A stretch of 52,742 nt of DNA from a virus. Lineage: Duplodnaviria; Caudoviricetes. Below, in pieces: positions 46,764 to 52,742 of this stretch; the first letter of the stretch is position 1, and every line of letters begins with the position of its first letter. Under the pieces are notes generated by a model that ran no database searches, was not told the DNA's origin, and was given only the letters and a program-made list of their open reading frames with translations. Location: the IMG/VR virus record IMGVR_UViG_3300025141_000137, positions 1 to 52,742 of that record; one strand, written 5' to 3'. Position numbers and translations under genes: made by a program.

Positions 46764-48383
46764 GTGGTGAATCTCTACACAACCATGCCCGACTTGCCCT
46801 CGGAACTCGACGGCGTTCCAGGGACCAAGACCTTCAATGACGGACGCTCCTGGCGCGTCCCCAACAACACCTTGCCGCTGCTCGGAGGAGTCTCGCCACG
46901 GCTGACTGTTCAAGCTGCCCGGGACGCTGTCGCTGAACTGCCTCTACTCTCTCCAGACGCTCGAAACAGAATGACCCCGCACCAGTTGATGCTCATAGGT
47001 GGGGCCCTTCGAGCAGTGGCTCATCACTTCTGGGCTCCGGCTGGGTCTGGGAAGACCCTCGCTGCCCTCGCTGCCAACGCGCAACACGCTTCGCAAGGCC
47101 CGCTCGTCGTGGTCTGCCCGGCTGGGGTCGTGCCCGGTTGGGAGCGTCAGATCCTCCGGTGGACCCTGATGGACCCTCGCCCGTTGTCAGGGCAGACACC
47201 CCACCCCCTCTCTCGGGAGAAGGGGGCCGTCTACATTGTCGGCTGGGAGGTCCTGAAGTTCTGGGCCAGGGAGATAATCAAGCTCCGCCCCGTGGCTCTC
47301 CTGCTGGACGAGACCCACATGCTACGCAGGCCCAAGCACGTCCGTGCCATCCAGCAGCGAGACGGGACCGTCAAGTTCGAGTCCCTGGAGAACACCCTCG
47401 CTGCTGCCATCGCCGTGTCCAACAAGGCACAGCGGCGCTACTCCCTCACAGCCTCGCCCATCCCTGGACGGGTCGCTGACCTCTGGGTGCAGCTAAACCT
47501 CGTTGAGCCCTGGCAGTGGGGTTCCTTCTTCACGTTCGCTCAGCGCTACGCAGGGGCCACACACAATGGCTACGGCTGGGAGTACAAGGGTGTCTCGTGT
47601 GCCGAGGAACTCAGGGCACGGCTCGCTGCTGTGCGGACGTACATCTCCCTCAGTGAGACCCACAAGCACCTCCCCCCAAAGCGGAGGGAGGTTGTCCGTC
47701 TGCCCCTGAACCAGCAGGACAAGCCCATGGGGATGAAGCGTGAGTTGAGGAGTGCTGCCCGGAGTGGCGACCCCCTCACGTTCCTGGAGGCTCTGCTGAT
47801 GGAGGCTGCCTCCCGCAAGGAGACGGCCACCAAGAAGCGAGTTGTCGCTGCGATGCTCTCTGGGCAGAAGGTTGTCGTCTTCACTGCCCGAAGGAAGCAC
47901 TGTGAGCATCTTGCAGAGACCATAAAGAAAGCCCTGGGGAGGCACTGCCCGCGTGCTGATGTCTTCTGGGGACACGGTGAGCAGGAGGTCTCAGCCCGAG
48001 AGAAGACCCGCCAGGAGTACATGGCCCACCCAGGACCATGCGTTCTCGTGGGGACAGGGGACGCCTGGGGCGTCGGCATCGACCTCCAGGACACAGACCT
48101 CTGCCTCATGGTCATGCTCCCCTGGACGCCCGACAAGGTCATCCAGTGGGAGGGGAGGTTCCACCGTCTGGGTCAGACCCGTCCTGTCCTCATCTCCTAC
48201 ATCATCTGCGACGGCACAGCAGACGAGCAGGTAGCTGACACTGTCGTTGAGAAGCTGGAGGACATCGTTGAGGTTCAGGAGGAGGCAGAGCTTTCCCACG
48301 TACAGGATGCCCTGACAGGTATCGACACCTCCCCTGAGGGGCGCATCGCCCTTCTCCAACGCATCTCTCAGAGGCAGCTATGA
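46764..48383 (+). CDS. SNF2-family helicase
   Basis: GSGKT, LLDETH, LTASP, GVGIDL, QWEGRFHRLGQ. Confidence 0.9.
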   Translation: MVNLYTTMPDLPSELDGVPGTKTFNDGRSWRVPNNTLPLLGGVSPRLTVQAARDAVAELPLLSPDARNRMTPHQLMLIGGALRAVAHHFWAPAGSGKTLAALAANAQHASQGPLVVVCPAGVVPGWERQILRWTLMDPRPLSGQTPHPLSREKGAVYIVGWEVLKFWAREIIKLRPVALLLDETHMLRRPKHVRAIQQRDGTVKFESLENTLAAAIAVSNKAQRRYSLTASPIPGRVADLWVQLNLVEPWQWGSFFTFAQRYAGATHNGYGWEYKGVSCAEELRARLAAVRTYISLSETHKHLPPKRREVVRLPLNQQDKPMGMKRELRSAARSGDPLTFLEALLMEAASRKETATKKRVVAAMLSGQKVVVFTARRKHCEHLAETIKKALGRHCPRADVFWGHGEQEVSAREKTRQEYMAHPGPCVLVGTGDAWGVGIDLQDTDLCLMVMLPWTPDKVIQWEGRFHRLGQTRPVLISYIICDGTADEQVADTVVEKLEDIVEVQEEAELSHVQDALTGIDTSPEGRIALLQRISQRQL

Positions 48384-48649
48384 TCAGTCTCATCCAGGAC
48401 ATAGACGGGGTCTACCAACTCGCCCCGCTCCACAAGAAGATCATCTCTGCCACGCAGGCCAAGCCCGGCTGGTGGAATGCGATTCGATTCGTGGGCCGGA
48501 CCAAATACCACCGGCACTCTGTCTACCGTGCCGTCATGGAGTTGCGTCTCTGGGGTTACCTCAAAGCCTATGAGCCTGGAGGGGACAACCCCGGACGTTG
48601 GTTCCCCGGCCCGAGGGTTCTCCGGGACCGGACAGAAAATGGTCGTTGA
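48380..48649 (+). CDS. Small putative HTH protein
   Basis: ATGA overlap; RHSVYRAVMELRLWGYL resembles a wHTH recognition helix. Confidence 0.55.
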   Translation: MISLIQDIDGVYQLAPLHKKIISATQAKPGWWNAIRFVGRTKYHRHSVYRAVMELRLWGYLKAYEPGGDNPGRWFPGPRVLRDRTENGR

Positions 48650-48678
48650 CCCGAATACTCTTCCAAGCCCGAAAGGGG

Positions 48679-48707
48679 TTGACTCCCCGATCCGGATCGA
48701 CTAAGGT
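48679..48707 (+). promoter_or_regulatory. Sigma70-like promoter
   Basis: TTGACT-17-TAAGGT, 8 nt before the GTG at 48716. Confidence 0.65.
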
Positions 48708-48715
48708 AGCCTGTA

Positions 48716-49576
48716 GTGACCCCGACCCCATCCAATAGTCAACCGCTCCCCGAGCAAACACTCGGCCCGAAGCTCATCTTTGCCGGCCCTTCTGAGAGGG
48801 GCTGGCATCGTGTGGCTTCTCTGCTGCGGTGTCCCCGCCTCGCACGGCTGGAAGAGAAGGGTGCTCTGCCCCCGGCTGAGTCTGTGTATCTGGTACGTGG
48901 CTCTCTCCTCCATGTGGGCCTCGCCCACCACTACCAGCAACTCAAGGAGCGCCTGACAGGGGGAGACCCTGCCCAGTGGTTCGACCCTGAGGCTGCCGTC
49001 CACGCTCTCGCTGAGCAAGAGGGAGCCCAGTGGTTGCCCGAGATTGACCTCGTGAACGAGGCTCTGCGTAAGTACCTCACGCACTGGAGTCAGGAAGGGT
49101 GGAAACCATTGGAAGTCGAGTTCGAGCTTCGAGCCCAGTTGCCTCACCCAACCAAGTCTGGTGAGAGGTTTCTCTTCACGCAGCGTGCAGACCTCATCGT
49201 TGAGGGTGAGGAGAAGAAGGTCTGGATTGTGGACCACAAGACAGCCTCTCGGATCAACCACTCCTCTCTCGACCAGTACGTCCTGAGCGGACAGATGGTG
49301 GGCTACCACCACTTTGGCCGTGCCCTGTACGGTGACCGTTTCGGTGGCGTGCTGCTGAACCGGATCAAGATTTATGACCCACAGGAGTTCGACCGGCGCC
49401 CCGTGCCGACCGCTCCCTGGGCCACAGCCAACTTCGTGAAGACACTCCAGTGGGCTGAGTACGTCGATACCATGATGCCCTCAGACCCGGACCTCGTGCC
49501 AATGGCCACAAACGCCAGCGCTTGCTACGGCAGGTATGGAAAGTGTGCGGCTTTCGACCTATGTAGGTTTGGATGA
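48716..49576 (+). CDS. PD-(D/E)XK exonuclease, Cas4/RecB-like
   Basis: CPR, RADL, IVDHKT, QxxxY and three C-terminal Cys. Confidence 0.85.
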   Translation: MTPTPSNSQPLPEQTLGPKLIFAGPSERGWHRVASLLRCPRLARLEEKGALPPAESVYLVRGSLLHVGLAHHYQQLKERLTGGDPAQWFDPEAAVHALAEQEGAQWLPEIDLVNEALRKYLTHWSQEGWKPLEVEFELRAQLPHPTKSGERFLFTQRADLIVEGEEKKVWIVDHKTASRINHSSLDQYVLSGQMVGYHHFGRALYGDRFGGVLLNRIKIYDPQEFDRRPVPTAPWATANFVKTLQWAEYVDTMMPSDPDLVPMATNASACYGRYGKCAAFDLCRFG

Positions 49577-50829
49577 TTGTTCTCTCCCTCTTTGACTACA
49601 GCGGTGTCTGGGCCCGCCCCTGGGTGGAGGCCGGGTACGAGGTGGTTCAGGTCGACTCGGCCATCCAGGACAAGCGGCACAAGAACCACCTCCGAGCCAG
49701 CATCGACCTCTCCACAACAGGTGCCGTCCAGGAAGTGATGGCCCTCCTGGGGACGGACGAGGTTTTTGGTGTCCTCTCTGCCCCGCCCTGTGACTGCTTC
49801 ACCCGAGCGTCTGCCTGGAAGTGGAGAGAGTGGGACTCGAACGGACGGACAGAGAGAGCCCTACGGATGGTCGACAACACCCTGGCCCTGATCGATCTGT
49901 TGGATCCACAGTGGTGGGTTCTGGAGAACCCCCCGGGTAGGCTCTGGAAGCACCGAGGGAAGGGCCTCCGTCAGAAGGAGTTGGGCCCGCTCACCCTGAA
50001 GTTCCACCCGTGGGAGTACGGGGCCCTCGCTCCTAACGATCCAGTCTCTCGTAGGGTAAAGAAGACCTTTCTCTGGGGGGACTTCAAGCTCCCTGCGCGT
50101 GCCCCCCACCCAGCCATGTCTCAGGGGAGTAAGACTCCCCAGCCCGCAAACAGCGGATCAGCCTTTGCCAAGTTGAGCAGCCGGTCCAAGCGAGAGCGAG
50201 CACAGACCCCCATGGGCTTTGCCAAAGCCTTCTACCTTGCCAACCAAAACGGAGCCCCCATGTCCAAGAGCATCGAAGTCGTGCCCGCACCAGTTGTGGT
50301 CACGTCCAATGGTGATCCACGAAAGGCGGAGTTGACAGCGCAGGCTGCTGTGCTGCCCATCGCTGCTTCCCCTGAAGCCCTGAAGCTCGCGCTCTCCTCC
50401 TACCAACAGGTACAGGAGACGCTCGATGCTGCCATGCCCGGATCGTTGATCACGATCTCAGGGCGCAAGCATCGCAAGAAGTCCTACTGGAGGGCTGTCG
50501 CTACAGCCTTCAATCTCACCGTCACTTGTACAGAGGAGAAGCACATTCAGTCCGAGAGCGGAGACTGGGGTTGGCTCTGCACGTACCGTGCGACTGCCCC
50601 AAACAGCCGAGCCTCCGATGGAGACGGCTCGTGCTTTGCCTCGGAGAAGAAGGGCGCAGGACAGAAGACTGTCCACAACGTTCGGTCGCACGCTCATACC
50701 CGTGCCTACAACCGAGCCGTGTCCAACCTCGTTGGCTTTGGGGAGGTCTCTGCAGAAGAGATGACCGCTGAAGCCACGCCCGTGCCCGCTCCTGCCCCCG
50801 CCGATGAGAGCGGGTGGCTCGATATCTAA
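49573..50829 (+). CDS. C5-cytosine methyltransferase-like domain fused to ssDNA annealing (Rad52/Sak-like) domain
   Basis: SLFDYSG, APPC, VLENP motifs; after in-frame ATG 50260 a domain with AHTRAYNRAVSNLVG..EVSAEEM. Confidence 0.72.
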   Translation: MIVLSLFDYSGVWARPWVEAGYEVVQVDSAIQDKRHKNHLRASIDLSTTGAVQEVMALLGTDEVFGVLSAPPCDCFTRASAWKWREWDSNGRTERALRMVDNTLALIDLLDPQWWVLENPPGRLWKHRGKGLRQKELGPLTLKFHPWEYGALAPNDPVSRRVKKTFLWGDFKLPARAPHPAMSQGSKTPQPANSGSAFAKLSSRSKRERAQTPMGFAKAFYLANQNGAPMSKSIEVVPAPVVVTSNGDPRKAELTAQAAVLPIAASPEALKLALSSYQQVQETLDAAMPGSLITISGRKHRKKSYWRAVATAFNLTVTCTEEKHIQSESGDWGWLCTYRATAPNSRASDGDGSCFASEKKGAGQKTVHNVRSHAHTRAYNRAVSNLVGFGEVSAEEMTAEATPVPAPAPADESGWLDI

Positions 50830-50895
50830 GTTTCTATCGGCGTCCGTCGGCCGTTGACAGGCGGAACTGACTGCACAACACAAGGAGCCACAATC

Positions 50896-51456
50896 GTGGA
50901 ACCTCTCGTTCTTTCTCTCGACTTCTCTGAAGTCAATCCTGCTGGATCAACCGTCCGGGGTTACCCCCAGAACGGTCTCAACAAGGCCACCATCCGGTCG
51001 TACATGAAGTACGACAACGATGATGGCTCTTTCACCCTGTACTGCAACATGACCACGGGGAACATCGACCACCGTGAGCGTTGGGGATCAGCCAAGGGTA
51101 TGCCCTTTCTGATGTCTCACCTCATCTCGGCTGGTGTGCCCGAGGACGCGCTGCGTCAGGGTCCTCAGAAGGTCCCTCTCCACAAGCTCGCAGGGAAGAC
51201 GGTGTACTTCAACTTCGTCCGTCCCAACCTGCTGCCTGATGGCACTGCTATGGAAGGGAGCTACCCCAAGTACCGCTGGATGTCGGAAGACGCCTTTGAC
51301 AAGGCCAGCGCTGCTGCCGGAAACACCCAGGCCGCGACCAAGAAGGCCGTTGAGTCGGGTGACTTCCAGGTAGAGACCCCTGAGAATGGTGCCGGACCGA
51401 AGCCCACGGCTGACGCTGGCAACATCGACTGGATTCTCGGCGACTCTGCCAAGTAG
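50896..51456 (+). CDS. Putative single-stranded DNA-binding protein
   Basis: LDFSEV N-terminus, flexible acidic tail with IDW; AAGGAG RBS; replication-module position. Confidence 0.6.
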   Translation: MEPLVLSLDFSEVNPAGSTVRGYPQNGLNKATIRSYMKYDNDDGSFTLYCNMTTGNIDHRERWGSAKGMPFLMSHLISAGVPEDALRQGPQKVPLHKLAGKTVYFNFVRPNLLPDGTAMEGSYPKYRWMSEDAFDKASAAAGNTQAATKKAVESGDFQVETPENGAGPKPTADAGNIDWILGDSAK

Positions 51457-51554
51457 AACCAGTCTCGTCCCGTTCCCCGTCTCTGCTGGCCCGGCAGGCC
51501 CTCTTATGAGGAGGTAGAGACGGGGGACACCCCCGAGAGAAAACGGAGCCTCTC

Positions 51555-52742
51555 GTGCCCTCTTTTTGCCCGGATTGCCCGCTAATCAAGCTGGGCATCA
51601 CAGATAAGACTGCTTGTGGCCCCGAGACCGGGCCCAAGTCTGAGTATCTCCTCGTTGGGGAGGCCCCTGGCGTCAGTGAGACGCGGGAAGGCCGCCCCTT
51701 TGTCGGCCCGAGTGGCCAGCTACTCCAGAAAGCACTCGACTCCGTCGGAATACGTCGGGATACGTGCCACATCACCAATGTCATCCAGTGTCGCCCGCCT
51801 CAGAACAACATGGAGGCCGCGAACATCGCAGTTCGGCGTCACAACCGCAAGATTGACAAGGACAAGGCCCCTCTTGAGGTCCCAAAGGCAGCATGTCGTG
51901 GACGTTTCTACTCTGAGTGTGCCCACGCTGGGCTCACCAAGGTAATCTGCCTGGGGAAGGAGGCTGCCCAGGGCATTCGAGGCGGCACGTTCTCTATTCT
52001 GGGTATGCGAGGCGCCTGTGAGGAAATACCTGCTCCCTGGGATCCCACACAGACGCTCAAGGTCGCCTACCTCCTGCACCCGGCCTTTGTCCTGAGGGCT
52101 CCTCAATGGGAGGAGGTCTTTCTCAGAGACATGGACCGAGCCTTCCGTTTCTTTGAGGACAAGCTGACCTGGGAGGAGCCTGAGATCATTATCTCAAACG
52201 ACTACAAGGTCCAGGTTGCGACCCTGACACGTATCGCCAAGGCAGAGAAGCCCGCAGCATACGATGTCGAGACTGAGTTGAAAGGTCCCATCGACTCTCG
52301 CACTCGCTGCATTGCCGTCGCAAACGATGAGCTCGCACTCGTTGTCCCTACGAGGTCTGTGACGGGAGCGCCTCTCGCTGGGAGTCTCGCCCAACTACAG
52401 CCCGTGCTGGACTTCCTCCGGACCCCTCCAGTTCCGCTGGTCGGGCACAATGCCGGTCAGTTTGACCGGACCCACATGCTCGCAGCCTGGGGGGTAGACG
52501 CCAAGGTTTCAGCAGACACGATGGTCCTCCACCTACTGACAAACAACGAGCTACCCCACAACCTGGGCTTTGTGGGCTCACACCACACCGACTTCACAGA
52601 GGCGTGGAAGGCAGACCACACAGCGACCGAGGCTCAGGATGACCTGGAGTTGCACACCTACTGTGCCAAGGACTCGGTTGTCACTGCCAGAGTCGTCGGC
52701 CCGCTCGTCAAGTGTGTGCGAGAACGGGAGCAACTGCACCTC
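51555..52742 (+). CDS. DNA polymerase N-terminus: family-4 UDG + 3'-5' exonuclease (3' truncated; absent from ORF track)
   Basis: Manual translation: CPDCPL, LVGEAPG, GRPFVGPSG, TNVIQCRPP, LHPAFVLR, then YDVET, GHNAGQFD, YCAKD; open to window end. Confidence 0.9.
   Translation, partial: MPSFCPDCPLIKLGITDKTACGPETGPKSEYLLVGEAPGVSETREGRPFVGPSGQLLQKALDSVGIRRDTCHITNVIQCRPPQNNMEAANIAVRRHNRKIDKDKAPLEVPKAACRGRFYSECAHAGLTKVICLGKEAAQGIRGGTFSILGMRGACEEIPAPWDPTQTLKVAYLLHPAFVLRAPQWEEVFLRDMDRAFRFFEDKLTWEEPEIIISNDYKVQVATLTRIAKAEKPAAYDVETELKGPIDSRTRCIAVANDELALVVPTRSVTGAPLAGSLAQLQPVLDFLRTPPVPLVGHNAGQFDRTHMLAAWGVDAKVSADTMVLHLLTNNELPHNLGFVGSHHTDFTEAWKADHTATEAQDDLELHTYCAKDSVVTARVVGPLVKCVREREQLHL

Larger units (their letters stand above)
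1..52742. mobile_element. Tailed dsDNA phage genome fragment (podovirus-like)
   Basis: Terminase-portal-scaffold-capsid-tail-lysis operon on minus strand and replication operon on plus strand; tight gene packing; no host housekeeping genes; no tape measure or sheath recognised. Confidence 0.96.

Overview
The whole window is a fragment of a GC-rich tailed dsDNA bacteriophage (podovirus-like architecture), truncated at both ends. A minus-strand late block (about 32.3 kb down to 1.2 kb) runs: large terminase, portal, a cluster of small head-region genes, scaffold, major capsid, decoration protein, adaptor, nozzle-like protein, three related tail proteins, three internal virion/ejection-like proteins (largest 2035 aa), fibre-like proteins, amidase endolysin and holin. 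A plus-strand block (32.4 kb to the end, continuing at 1-1.2 kb) holds an RHH regulator, a palindrome-rich control region, hairpin-separated early genes, a MoxR AAA+/vWA-metallopeptidase module, an AT-rich origin candidate, primase-helicase, SNF2 helicase, Cas4-like nuclease, a C5-methylase fused to an annealing-like protein, an SSB-like protein and a UDG/exonuclease DNA polymerase. No integrase, tRNA or CRISPR array was seen. Best novel signals: (1) a 10-residue motif from the scaffold C-terminus, (M)RxxAAxxAL, recurring in six other otherwise unrelated head-cluster proteins, a candidate capsid cargo-loading tag; (2) a 201-bp AT-rich insert that replaces the holin 3' end and appears to carry its own promoter, hairpin RNA and terminator; (3) repeated gene-boundary sequences and structured leaders. 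All product calls come from motif recognition and synteny by eye, with no database searches.
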